Below are positions 36,985-50,700 of a stretch of 64,000 nucleotides of DNA, one piece after another (position 1 is the stretch's first letter; the number at the start of each line of letters is the position of its first letter). Under the pieces are notes generated by a model. That model was not told the origin of the DNA. It saw only the letters and a program-made list of their open reading frames with translations, and did no database searches. The position numbers and the translations under genes are program-made. Location: assembly GCA_965153455.1 (NCBI GenBank), contig OZ234494.1:930001-994000 (forward strand). The letters are read 5' to 3'. This stretch comes from Sphagnum compactum. Lineage: Eukaryota.

Positions 36985-37345
36985 GAACCTAACCTGTCTG
37001 CCCATTGCTGCACATTGTTGTTCCCTATCCTTGCACACAATAACCCTACTGTTAAACACTGTTGTTCCCTATCCTTGTATAACAGCACGTCAGGATCTTG
37101 GATGTACCAATAGTAATCGTGTATAAGGTGTGCAATGGTAGGGCATTTGTGTGCACAATGATGAAATTTAATCATAGGGTTTTTCTGCACAATGAGGTGT
37201 GCAATGGTACGGCATCAGTTTGCAATGCCAAAGTGCAATATAGGGTTTCTCAGTGCAATGAGGTGTGCCATTGTAAGGCATTGGTTTGCAATGATGAAGT
37301 GCAACAATAGGGATTTCTGTGCAGTGAAGTGTACAATTGTGTGGT
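36985..37345. repeat. Degenerate short tandem repeats (~40-50 bp; gtgcaatga...gtgtgcaat/tagggtttc motifs)
   Basis: Recurring gtgcaatg and catagggttt(t)c motifs, plus a duplicated gttgttccctatccttg (37016 and ~37061). Confidence 0.5.
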
Positions 37346-37706
37346 AAATGGAAAATGGTAACCTAGGCTGCAACCAAAACATATACTGCCCTACGGACAA
37401 CTTCTCCTTTGTTTGCAGATCTCATGCTAACATACTGGGCAAAAACAGTCCTAAGAATCTCCAAAGCACAGAAACCAATTCACTTTTCTTTCAAGTTGAC
37501 GCGCCATCCATCATCACCACATCTTAGATCCTCCCTCCATTGCCAACTACTCATCCACAGAACTCCTTTCAGAATCCTATCTAAAGCCCAAACTCTCAGA
37601 TTCCACATCATACTTAGGCCCTTTTCACACCATTTCTGGCCACACTCTGGCTGAGAGAACAAGTTTGCTGTGTGCAAATGTTTGCACAATAAGAAAACTT
37701 TTGATC

Positions 37707-40700
37707 TCAAGCAACGCTGACTAGCCCATCATCCTTTAACTTATAGGAAACTTTAGTCATCCCTTTCCTGACACGGATTTGTGTAACCTGCATGCCACAC
37801 AACCAAAACCATCAGTTACATCTTATTAACAGCAACAAGCTTTTACTGTGCAGTTCTTGAGATCTTGCAGCATTCAACAGAACAATTCATAAATCTCAAG
37901 TTGGATTGGACAATTTTCCAGTTTCAAGATGCCATAGCCCAGGCATCTAAAAATGCTCACTGGTTCAAACTTAGCCACTTCAATCATCAGCATTTCACAG
38001 AAAAGCAGATCCAGAGACCCAAAAAAGGATCCATCCATCTGGAGACACATTGATGGTGAAGAATGGGAGAAGTGGTGAGAAACTTACATTGATACGCCCA
38101 ATTTGCTTGATATCATATACATGGGTTCCACCACATGGGCCACCCGGATTGTCTCCCAGACTCACCACCCGAGGACAGCTCTCCTGCAACCCAATTCCCC
38201 ATTGGTTGATCATGGTGGACTGCAATCTCTACTCAAGCCTGACATAATTCGAATGATCCAATAATAATGCAAACTCAAACATGTGCATACAGCCATTAGC
38301 TAATCCCTTTTTACATTTCCGTTCATCTGGCATGTCCAGGTTTCAAACCTTTGGTATGTAATCAGGAAGAACACCCCCACACAACGCTGCAGCTTCTAAG
38401 TATGGCACAACCACTGCAGACACCTGAAAAGTTTCAGTACCACGTTCTGTCAGCTTCTCTGTCAAGTTTAGGACTCTACTCCACTGTTACAAATAGGTAC
38501 TTGGTTCTGCTAAACTAGGCACAGCACATTGTGTATCCAAGAACCCTAACCTCTGCACTTCCTATTGGAGAAAGCAAACTTGTCAAACAGTTATATATAT
38601 AAGGTCCCTTTGTGCTGACACATTGTGTAACTCCAAGTCAAGGTCAAGAATTTGGATATTTATAACCAGACTGATCCCACTTGAAACAAGCACAATTAAC
38701 CTTGATTAATACTTCAAATGCCCTGAGCTTAACCTTGTTCATCATGACTACAAAACTTCAGAAGTACAAGAACTTTGAAAGGATTATGTAGTCAATGTGA
38801 GAAAAATTTGGAGGAAAAATGAAAAAGTATACCTGACCTCCAGCTGACACTAAGCGGTTAGCCTCTGCTTCCAAAGCAGCACGCAGTTTTTCAATATCTG
38901 GAGCTGGAATGGTTCCCTTATATTCCACAAATGGTCTGCAGAACCCACTTTTTGTTTAGCCATACCAAACAAGAGAAACAAAGTGACCAGACAAGACCTG
39001 TTCTGGCAATACCAACTGGCAAAATAAAAGATAGAACCCATGACAGCGACAAATATCACTCCTGCAAATTGTATCCCAAAAAAAAAATTTAACAAGGTAT
39101 AGAGCAAAAAATTCTACCCATCAGGAAAGTGATGACCTTTTCCAGGTTCAAAAGAGGTCAACCCCACATTGCTCATGCACGCATCCAGCAAGTGGCCAGC
39201 TGTATGCAATCTGCCATGATCCACCCATCCAATTGTGGTATTTCACTTTCCCAACTGCTGCTGCAACCATAATAGAGAAGAGTGAAACCTCTGTCTCCAC
39301 TCTTCTTAATCCAAGACAAAAATTGCTGATTACAGCATCTTGGAGCTGAACCCAAAAAACCATTGGATCACTGCTGCCATTCTCACTTTTATCTTTGGAT
39401 TCACCTGGTTGCATTACTTACTGCAAAGTGATTAAAATCCTTTTCAACATATTCACTTCGACGTAATACATTTGCACTAACCTGGAATTGAATGAGCGGC
39501 GCTCACCATCAATAACCATTGTGACATCCTCCCCTTTCTGAAATGCTGATGTGGCCTCCTCCCCCTCAGCCACTTCATAATACCCATAATGGTAAACCTG
39601 CCATCCCACACACCTTCTGTCCTGAAGAAAATGTTATGCAAGGGGGGGTGGGGGGGGGGGAGGATAAACATGTGAAGGATGCCAGTAGGTGACATGGGTG
39701 TAGGGTTCCAGCAACAGAAATGCAAGGAGAACAGAACAAACCGTTGACCGCAGTAAATGTCCCACAGATGGACAACTGGAGGAGGAGTGGAAAAGATACC
39801 AGGCCTGATTTGCTCCTCACATCCTCCACTCGAAATTTCTGCTGACTGTCAACAGATATGATGTTGCCAGTATCACAAGGTTGCCCTCCGCCTTGTGGGT
39901 ACATTATGGTCTGGTTCATGATAACAGCGAGGCGGTCCCCATCCTGCTTAAATTGTTGCAAAAGAAAAAAGCACACAAAATCAATCAGGTACATGCACAG
40001 TTACAGCAAACATCTTGTAGGACACTAACAACACAACTTTCACCATGTGAAAGATTTGAAGAAATGGTCTTCTCCACTTTCTATGCACATTACAGTCAAA
40101 TTTCTAACTGTAGCAATTTCCTTGAGATCATTCTCTGTTCTCAATTGCACACACAGAACTGTATGTATCCACCTGAAGCTCAAGAAAAAAAAATTCAGGT
40201 GAAGTTGACACAACATGTTGATTGTCGGAAAGCATAGCCAGTTACACACCCTCACCCCAGACTCTTCAACAAAAGGCACCAAAAAATTCTTGAACCCAGA
40301 TTAGAAAGAGGCCACAATAATCCTCCAAACAGAAACTAAGTTCACTGGCAATTTTTTTCCAGAAAGGGATGGGAGTTCTAAACCCTAGAACCCCAAAGCA
40401 TGCACAAAGGGATTGGAAGTTCTAAACCCTAAAACCCCAAAACATCCAGAAAGGAATTGGGAGTTGTAAAACCTAGCAAAACCAAATTGATCCAGAACTC
40501 GTTCTTTTTCTAAAACTCATAACCCAAGACCCCAAAGTCAAAAGAATTTCTCTAGTTTTAACTCTCTCTTTCTCTCTTTCTCCGAAGAAAAAAAGAGCCT
40601 CTTGAGTTGGCGCTGATGGGCACTGATAGGTAAATAAATACCTCAACAACGGAGAGGACACGGCCATGGGCTTGGAGCTGCCACATATCGTCAAAATATA

Positions 40701-40764
40701 CCAACTTTGTTGGAGGCAATGCCTCCAACAAAACTCCCACGCTGCTCTCAGAGGCCGACACCAT
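37707..40764 (-). CDS. Free-standing alanyl-tRNA editing protein (AlaX/AlaXp family)
   Basis: Eight exons join in frame: 40764-40642, 39946/39943-39800, 39597-39482, 39210-39118, 38935-38833, 38423-38349, 38183-38088, 37787-37707. Motifs PTKLVYFDD, TIMYPQGGGQPCDTG, zinc ligands RLHTAGHLLD (HxxxH) and PCGGTHV (CxxxH). Confidence 0.93.
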
Positions 40765-43700
40765 AGCTCCTTATTTTTAGTTTAAAGAAGCCGATTGCTT
40801 GTGCAGGCTAATACACAAAGCCCTTGGGAAGAACAAAAAGAAGAATTCAGCTTGATTTTTACAAAACTGGATTCCTGGCTCGATTTATGTGGGGAACCCA
40901 GTGTGACCTAAAGCCATGTCCTATGAAATGCATTAATTGCATAAGTGAAGCCGCATTCAACACTTAATCACAAACAATGACTCATTATGATATCAGCACA
41001 TTTCACATGAATGATGTATATGATCAACAAATACACTTTCATTCATTGATTATCCATATATAACTAACATATAATCCATTCACAGCAAGTTTTACGGATC
41101 ATGAGGTCAAACTCAAGTTTTACAGATCATGAGGTCAAACTCTAAACCTCAATACTTATCTTTGTTTGTTTGATTGTAATTTGTTGACCCACATGTTTTG
41201 TGTCTATGTATAGTGTAATGGGGTTGTTTTATTTGTGTGTGTGCAAGTGACTTGTGCTCCAATGGGTAGTTTAGGGGTTCAATTCACCCACAAGGCAAGT
41301 TGTTGTCTTCATTTGTTCTTTGTTCTTGTTTGTATTTGTATTCGGTCTTGTTTGTAATATGTGTGTGAGGTTTGAATTATGCCACTCACCTAATTCCCAC
41401 TTGGGAACCTTGTTCATCACCTGTAAGACCTCCAACAAAAATTTATATGATCTAATTTTCTTCATGCATCAAAGAATGATAGCCACATGGAACTGCCAAG
41501 AAAAAATTTAGATAGCCACACATTTGGATGACAAAAACAACCAGTAGCCTAAGTTCTCCAAAATTGGAACCCCAGTCACTTGCCTGTTCTCTGAGAAATT
41601 GGCCACAATAGCCATTTGGGCTATGCTCCAAAATCCTAAATAGCCAAGATAGCTATTTCCTCGTAGGAAAGAAATTACAAAATTGAGCTAATAACCATAG
41701 TTAGGTACTGAATTGAGACTCAACGAAAAACCACATCTCTCATGCTGCACCAGTGGCAGTTCATTCACTGTGGCCAACCTTCAAGACATACAAACCATAC
41801 AAGGGATAGAGCTAAATTACTCAAACCAGTTTGAGACAAGAAACATTTCTAGTACATTACCCCTGTAAACTCTACCAAATCAAATCCCAACACAAGATTT
41901 ACCATGAAATGAGTACATATCCTTCACTACCTAGTAGTACCTGGTGCCCTCCCCTGCCTCAGGGTTTGACAGGCCTGCCTGACTTGTGATACTGGCTTGT
42001 CACTCAGTACTGCCACACTTGCACAACTAAAGATGTGAAGACATGAACTACCTACTCAAATTCTTGTCATAAAAACTTTCCATCCCTATTTCCTCCCTAA
42101 TTACAAAAAGGGAAAATTGCACTCTGATTATACTTTATCCAAGCTCTGATCAGGAAGAAATGGTTCAGCAACCAGTTGGATTAAGTCAACAACGTGAATT
42201 CATGAAGTAGGTTGAGAAGTACAAGCACCTTCCATCTCCATGCAGTTCAGTCTTGTATATCCTGTTTGCAAAATCTGAGAGATTGGATCAGATTCAATTG
42301 GGTTTCAATCCCCCTCTCCTACCCTGCCTCTTAGCCACCAAGAAGCAAAGTCATACATGCCTTTGCTCACGTCACCAAATGTCACCCAACAGAGTTTCTT
42401 ACCAGTAATTGATTGACATAGTCATCTATGTTCAGACAGTGCAATGAAACTGAATATGAGCATGATGATCCCAATGGTAATTGGACTCACATACTACTAT
42501 TTGTCATGCTGCAAAACCTGAGCAATGCAATCACCAAATGTTGGTTCTCAAAAAGCAATAAACCAAGAAGGAGATGACAATTCCTGGTGGCTACTATGAT
42601 TCACACTGAGAAACAAGACCAATCTTTTACTCCAAAGAATCAGTGAACTAATTGTGAGTATGATGATTACAGATGGTGCTTAGATTTTGATAAAAGTTCC
42701 ACTTTCTAGATGCCTTCTGCAATTTACATGATTCAGGTATAGAACACCCTGAAAAATTCAATATCATCCACAGGAGAGCAAAACAAAGACATGTCACATC
42801 AAAAAATGCAACATTCAGTATATCATTCAACACCATATGCAAGAAGGATGAGCACAGCAAAATTACAACACCAGTGCTGAATATTTGTAATACTTGATGT
42901 CTCAATCACAAGCACATGCAGTGAAACATGAACAGCTTGCTGAAAAACAAATGCCCCAGAAAAGCCAATTCTGTTTAGTTTTCATCCTTATAGACCAGGC
43001 AGGTTGGAATCACAAAAAGAGGCCTTCATTCAATCATAAAGAAAAACTTAACCTCTTATTCCAGAAAATTGAGATGGCAATAGCAGCAGTGGTCCAACCT
43101 CATCATGTCTCACCAAAATTGTTGTGAACAAGACAATGTGCACTCTCCAAAAGTCTTGCTTGCTTGCTTGAATGCTTGCTTGCTCACAGGAGGTTCTAGT
43201 CATACATTTGTCCTAGGTCAACAATAACAACAACAACCCCCAGTCTGTATGAAAGAGCTATATCCTTGTCCTTCCAGTGATCCTCCCTGATGATGACAAG
43301 GGTTGCCCTTGGTTTGTATACATGCCCAAACTCATGAACCCCTAGGTCAGTGGCAGTATAGATTAGAAGACTGGAAAGAAGTTTGACCATTTTCATGATG
43401 ACACCTAATAAGAACCATATAATTTCCTTGCCTGATACCTCCACGGGCTTGCTCCTAAAAGCATGCACCACAACAACACAAAACCAACAAACACCACATA
43501 TCAATGAAATTGCAGGACAAATCTCCACAACAACAATTTGTAGATAACATGAGAAATGACCGAAAAATCACAAATGGCATCAACTACAATGACAGCCCAG
43601 CAACTTATTACTGTGTGCTCTAGGCATCTCCCGAAAGTGTACATTAATTTGTCTTTCAGAGTGTTTCAGATGTTGAATCAATTTGTTGCAGAGTTTAAAG

Positions 43701-44028
43701 TCTCATGCAAGGCTAAGACTTAGAAAGAAGATCACCCACAGCTTCTGAAGAGAAAAGACAAAGTATGTTTATCCATGTCTCACACACAAAGAGAGCTCTG
43801 AAAAACTCTGCATACTTGTTTTTAGATTGCTAGTCTGTTTTGTTCACAAAAGTCCTTGCTCAGCTGAGAAGCAATGGAAAAAGAAAACTCTGCATATAAA
43901 TGTGATCAGGATGCAGATGGATAAAGTATGCATGTGACATTGAGAGGTGGAGCTTACCCACTTCCGTAGAGGATTGAGAGAAAGCCCAGGACTCGACCCG
44001 CATTCCTAAACATGTAGGAGCCATGGCG

Positions 44029-44583
44029 TCAGAAGAGGCTACTCCCCGCCTCTTGACCTTTCTTGGATAGAATCTGGTTGTACTCCGGCCGTGCCGTCTG
44101 CCACAGGGCAAGAAAAACAAAACCCCAACACAAAAGAAAAGAAAACACTGGTGGGCTTAGTTGTTTGCTTCTCTCAGCAACAGTTCCCAATAATATCATC
44201 ATCATCAACAGCCACCATTCTGTATAGCAGGAAAACCCAAACACTGATCGAAGGTCGAAACCAATTGAAAACAGAACTCACACTCTGAAACAACCGTGCA
44301 ACAAAAACGATAGAAAAAAAACAGAACCGAAAAAAAAAAAAAAAAACCAAAATCAAACCAAACCAAACCCCAATGAGGAACCAAAAAGCCAGAAAGACTC
44401 GGAGAGAGAGAGAGAGAGAGAGAGAGCCAAAGGGCATCATACCAAGTCCTTAAAGAGAAGGAAAGCAATGACGAAGAAGAGAATGAAAAGAATCTCAAAC
44501 TCAGCGTTGCGCAACATACTGGACACCCAATCAGCTGTCCTGGTCACCAGAGATGCCGGAGGCCCACGCTGCTGTCGACGCAT
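44029..44583 (-). CDS. 69-aa single-TM microprotein (recalled as a conserved plant family of unknown function)
   Basis: Exon 44583-44443 (47 codons, TTG|GTATGA donor) plus exon 44097-44029 gives MRRQQRGPPASLVTRTADWVSSMLRNAEFEILFILFFVIAFLLFKDL|TARPEYNQILSKKGQEAGSSLF. Not captured by the ORF track. Confidence 0.8.
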
Positions 44584-45111
44584 TTGAGCCCCCCCACCTT
44601 TCCTCTAAAGCACGAGTCCTCGAACTCCACCTTCTCTTACTTTTGAAAAAAAAAAACAAAACAAAACCCTCTCCCTCTCCCCTCTGTGTGTGTGTGCCTC
44701 TTTCTCTTTCCTTCGTTCTCTTGCCTCCCTGGCAGCTACAAAATCCTTACCGACAACAAACAAACAGAACGACAGTAGTATCGGGAGACTTGTTCTCGCG
44801 CGAGATCGTCGTCGTCGTCGGTCGGTCGCGCGCGCGCACAGCAACCGCCCAACACTGCGCTCGCTTGCGACAGAGGAGCCAAACCCTAGGGGCAAAAGGA
44901 TGGACACGTGGAGGACACGTCAGATATTGCCGGCTCCGGACAAAAAAATTATAGAGCAATCTGACTGGCTAACTAAAGATCTTGGCCGGTGGAATGTCAG
45001 GATCTGCTCCAATGAAAAAAGGGAACAATTACCTACCTACCTACCTACCTACCAGGTGGGCCCCCTCCCTTCCTTCCTGCCTTCTTCTCTGACAATTACC
45101 ACTAAAAACTG

Positions 45112-45262
45112 GTTAATTAAGTGGGCCATGGACTGAAACTGGTCCAAGACTGTGCCCTGGACTAAAATTGCTACAACTGGTTTATAAGTGGGCCATGGAC
45201 TGGAACTGGTTCATGACTGTGCCCTAGACTAAAAAGTGTTACAACTGGTTTATAACTGGCTG
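45112..45262. repeat. ~30-bp minisatellite flanking element A (left)
   Basis: Units like aactggtt(t/c)ataagtgggccatggactg(g/a)aactgg; same family as 52516-52726 and 60484-60590. Confidence 0.8.
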
Positions 45263-46129
45263 GAGTGAACCAGCAGCAACCAGTGCACCAGTTCAGGATG
45301 AGGCTGTTCAAGCCGTTTTGGGGATGGACAAAAAACACCTCCTCTTCCCCTGCCCACGGATTTTTCAGCCCCTCCTCTGTCCCAGAATTTTCCCCTCCTA
45401 CCTACCTCCCCCCTCCTACCTCCCTCGTGACCTCATTTCCCACTCACTCCATCTCCAAAGCTCGAAAGAGCTCCCAAGCTTGAGTAGCACACAGCTTCGA
45501 GGAGACGTCAGACACAAGGCTCAACGTGAAGAGGAGAAGGCAAGAGGAGCGCTTCATCCCAAATGCAGAAGCAAGAGAAGAAAGTTAAGCTCCCTCCTTT
45601 CTTTGCATTTTTTTTTTTTTCTCTATGAGTTTTTTTTCTCTGTGTTTTTTTTTTCTTCTGCTTGGAAAAAAAGACGCCAACATTTTCTTCTTTCATTTTT
45701 TTGTTTCTATTTGAAGTGAAGAAGGCGATGACACAAGCGTGCCATTGCCTTTTTTTTTTCTCTTCTGTTTTTTGTTGCGAACAAGGTAACAACACCAAGC
45801 TTGCTACCGTCCCAAAATTTTCCCAACCTACCTCCCTCCTACCTACCTCTCCCCTCCTACCTACCTACTTCATTTCATTTTGTGTTCACTCCATGGTCAG
45901 AGCTCAAGAGAGTTTGAAGTAGGAGGGCAAAAGAAGGAGGGCAGAACTAGGAGCCAAAAGCGGGAGGGCAGAAGTGGTAGCTAGGAAAAAACGCTTAGAA
46001 TGGAAGGGCAATAGCGGGAGGGCAAAAACGAGAGCCAAAAGTGAGAGGGCAGAGCGGGAGCTTGAAGGTAAGCTCCCTCTCTTCTCTTGGTTTTTTTTTG
46101 GTTTTTTTCTTGTGTGTTTTGTCTTCTTT

Positions 46130-47440
46130 ATGTTTGAGAAGAAAAAGACGATGGTAATGCGCCATCGCCTTTTTCTCTATGTTTAAGAAAAACAAGACGA
46201 CGATAATGTGCCATCATCTTCGTCTGTGGTGCTGTTGTAGGGAAGAAAACGACAACTTGTTGTTATCGTCTTTTTCTTTGTGTTAGAGAAGAAGAAGATG
46301 ATAGTAATGTGTTGTCGTCTTCTTCTGTGGTGTTGTTACAACAAAGAAGGCGATGACAACAAGTTGCCATCGCCTTCTTCTCTACGTTTGAAAAGAAGAA
46401 GACGACGACGCATTACTATCATCATCTTTTGTGGTGGTGTTCCAACGCAAAAGGCAAGCTGCCATCGCCTTCTTTTCTGGTGGTGCTGAAGTGAAGAAAA
46501 CAATGACATCTTGTTGTTGTTGTTGTCTTCTCTATGTTAGAAAAGAAGAAGACGACGGCAATGTGCCGTCATCTTCTTCTATGGTGTTGTTACAGTGAAG
46601 AAGGCGATGGCAATTTGCTACCATCGCCTTCTTCTCTATTTGAAAAGAAGAAGAAAACGACGACGTGACAACGCGCCATCATTTTTTTCTATGGTGGTTT
46701 TCCAACGAAGAAGGCAACGACAACTTGTTGCCATCGCCTTCTTATCTCGTGGTGTTGCAATGAAAAAGGCAATGGCAGCTTGCCGCCATTACCTTTTTTT
46801 ATGTTAGAGAAGAAGAAGAGAATGATAATGTGTCGTTGTCTTCTTCTGTGGTGTTGTTAGAGCAAAGGATGCAACGACATCAAGCTACTGTCGGTTTCTT
46901 CTCTATGTCTAAGAAAAAGTAAAAGACGACATCGCAGCAACGCGCCGTCGTCTTCTTCTATGGTGGTGTTCCAGCGAAAAAGGCAACGACAACTTGTTGC
47001 CATGGCTTTCTTCTCTAGTGGTGTTGTAGCGAAGAAGGCAACGGCAACTTGCTGCTATTGCCTTTTTTGTGTTAAAGAAGAAGATGATGACAACGTATTG
47101 ATAATGTGTCGTTGTCTTCTTCTATGGTGTTGTTGCAGCGAAAAAGGTGACGCCAACAAGTTGTTGTCGCCTTCTTCTCTGTCTAAAAAGAAGAAGAAAA
47201 TGATGACGCAACAATGCGTCGTCATTTTTTTTATGGTGGTGTTACAGCGACGAAGGTAATGGCAACTTGCGATTGCCTTCTTCTCTATGTTTGAGAAGAA
47301 GAAGAAGACGAGGGCATCTTCCATCACCTTCTTCAATGGCTTTGTTGTAAAACAAAGCGACAACGATTGCCATCACCTTTTTCAATGGTTTTGTTGTGAA
47401 ATAGGTGACGACACCAATGCCATCACCTTCTTTTATGGTG
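46130..47440. repeat. Degenerate GAA/GAC-rich array of hairpin-forming units inside element A
   Basis: Recurring gaagaaggcgatggca...tgccatcgccttcttc units, e.g. a 14-bp perfect stem at 46597-46610/46621-46634. Confidence 0.8.
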
Positions 47441-47619
47441 GTTATTCTTTTTCTTCTTTTTTGGTCCTTTTGGTTTAATTCATTATAATTGACAATTAAC
47501 AATGAAATGGTGGTGTTTTTGAATGTTGAAGGTTGTAATGGCTAGAGGAAGGAGACTGAAGAAAGGTGGTGGCGATTTGAAAGCTCAAAAGTAAAATGTT
47601 ATTTCATCAAAACCGACAA

Positions 47620-47760
47620 TTGGGAAGCAAAATGTTGATCCATTACAACCGGGACTTGGGGAGCAAAACGGTGTTCCATCAAAATCAAGACCTGGGGAGC
47701 AAAATGTTGCTACATCATAATTGAGACATGGGGAGCAAAATGTTGTTTCATCATAATCGA
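47620..47760. repeat. ~33-39 bp tandem repeat inside element A
   Basis: ggg(g/a)agcaaaa(t/c)g...catc/catt occurs four times. Confidence 0.75.
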
Positions 47761-50700
47761 GAATTGATGAATCAAACAATCTATGTGGTTTAAAGTTGAC
47801 AATGGTGACAATCTGTAATTCAAATGATGAGATCACTCCTAATACATATTGGGAATTTCGATCAAGAAATGGTGGGTTAAATTATTTTAGAATTTATACA
47901 CATTACATTAAATGCAAAAAAAAAGTCGTCAAAATTTTTTAAGTTTAATTATATCCACACCTTCCATCATTTGATGGAAGGTGCGGGATTTTTTTTGTCA
48001 AATTTTTTTATTGCAATACCTGAAAACAGTTAAAACTTACAGGAATTGCATCTGATTGTGTGATTTTATGTTTTGTAATACCTGTATTCTATTTTTTGAA
48101 CTTTTTATGTGTAAGGTTTTAGGGTTAGGATTTTTTTATTACAAAGTAATGACTTTTTTAATATATATTTCTTGGTTGAGGTCCAGAAGTTGAAACCTCG
48201 ACCAGGCCTCTCAATCACCGGCACCCCCTTGTCCACCTAATATGGCTTGGAAGGATCAAGAATGGACAAAGGTTGAGTCAAAATGGAAATGTAGAGTTGG
48301 CATTTGCATTGTTGCATATTGTGCCAAATGGTTGTTGACCAAACATTTGAAGGAGGTGCATGGCTTGGTGGTAGAAAAAGCCAAACCTGGGAGGCCTTCA
48401 ACTTTTGAAAGAAGTCTTTGACATCAAGACCGTGTTAAAATGAATGCTCGCATCTTGGGAGATGCCATGGCCATGTAAAGGCGAAATGATTAAAAGGTTG
48501 CTAGTCACACTCGTGCCAAAGCCCAACGCGAGTGAGATAAGCTGGTAATTGTTGCAAAATAATGTCCACAATTACCAAAACCAACTTTGGTCAAATAAGC
48601 TTCAAAGCAATTGTTGTAAGTGTTGGGTTTTAATGCCTAGGGCGTGGGAAACGTGCCTCGAAATGCAACATCGCGGATGGAGAAGGATGAAGATTTAGCA
48701 GAGATGATTCAATCCGCCCATTCTGCATATGCACGACGATTGAAGATGACATGGGATGTCAAAACTTGGGATCAAAAGTCCACTAAAGCAAATCGAACAC
48801 AAAAGTTGACAAATGTATTGGATTCCATGGATCTAGAATGATTCATGGAAGGTAAAAAAAAAAAAATCAATGTTTTTTCTATAGATATAATTTTGTTTAA
48901 TCCAATATGTGTTAGGGTTTAATTTGGTGGTTTTTGAGTGTTTATAAGGTTTAGGGCATAACAAAAGAAAAGTTTGTTGCAAATGTAGTTCAGGTTGAGA
49001 TGCAATGCCGCCATATGTACATTGCTCATCATGCAACAAGGGTTGCAAATGCAGTAGCTGCTTACCGAACTAAACACGGGATTATAGATAATGATATGGT
49101 TTAAGGTTTCCATTTTATATAGTTGGCTAGGTTTTTTAAGCCCTTTCATTTTTTGGACTACCCAATTTTTGAACTTTGGTCCTTTGATATATTATAAAAA
49201 ACCTTTTTTCCCATTGGGTTATTTAACATTTTTTTATCCACCCATATTTGTACATCTTTTATCAATATAATATTTTCTTTTAGTCACACTTGTTTGATGG
49301 GTATATGATTAATTATATATGTCTTCTTTTTCATAATCTTCTTAATATTTTAAATGTAAGAATCAAAACTTAAATAGGCCCATATAAATAGCTAACATTT
49401 ATTTGTCTAAGTTTTATAAAGATCAAAATGAACATTGTGCAATACTTACGTCCTTTCTATTATAATTTCCATAAGGTCATTTCAAATATGTAATACCCAC
49501 ATATAGGTCTCGTAAATAGTTGTTAATGTTTTTTTACAGCCATTGCAATACCCGCAAATAGGTTTAATAATTGATTTCTTTAACATCCATTACAATACCC
49601 ACATATAGGTCCATAAATAGTTGTTGATTTTTAACATCTTTTTCAACACTTGCATATAAGTTTCCATTGTAATATTTATGGGATTCATATGACATAATAA
49701 TCTAATTTAAGTATCAACAAATAATGTTATAATTATGGAATTACTAAAAAAATATTTCAAATAATCTAAATGATTGATTATCATATTTAAACAATCATTT
49801 ATTTCTTAATATTAATTAACTGATTATTTGGTTAAACCTTAATTATTCAGATAATTAAAATTTAGATCTAAAAATCAAATCAATAATTTTATATTTAATT
49901 TATAATCTTAATTAATTTTTTTATGTTGATAAGTTATTCAAATTATTATTTTACATAATTATTCACGATAATTCATTTTCATTATATTAATTTAGGTATA
50001 TAAAAAAACATATTTTGGGTACCCAAACCACTTATTTTGAAGTGACCTTACATGTGGGTATTGCATTTAGGGTTGATTATTCACTTAAGGTTGTTTAAAT
50101 CACCTATGGATTTATTTCAAAATGAACTTGCATGCAAGTATTGCATATAGGCTTTGATTTCCATTTAAAGGCCACCCAAACTATATATTAGTTATTTCAG
50201 AATGACCCTACATGTGGGTATTGCATTTAGGGTTGGGTTTGCACCTTAGGTTACCTAAATCACCTATGGGTTATATCGAAACGAACTTGAATATAGGTAT
50301 TGCATTTAGGGCTAGGTATTCATATAATTTTGCAATACCCGCACACGTACTTATTTTCACCAATTAAAAAATTTGGCCTTAATTTTTTGAATAATTAAAT
50401 AAAATTTGTAACAAAACACCAAAGAAGGTATGTTTCTTACCATTTGGTAATGTTTCCAAGTTAAGTTCTTTCATTTTTTAAAAAATAAAATAAAATGACA
50501 TTGCATTGTTTTACATATACTTAAGCCCTTAAAATTTTGCCCAAAATGCACCCTTGATTTATTTTAATTATTATAGACTTGTAAAAAAATGTTATTTAAT
50601 TTATATGTCCCAAACTCTAAACTTAAACCATAATTTTAACATTAAGTAATAAATTTTACATTAAACCCTAACCCCCTGTATCATCAATGTGACCAATTTT

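Noticed and set aside
48170-48850. Higher-GC island in element A as a transposase or captured gene remnant
   Set aside because: It looks formerly coding, but all frames are broken and I recognise no motif; a translated search would be needed.
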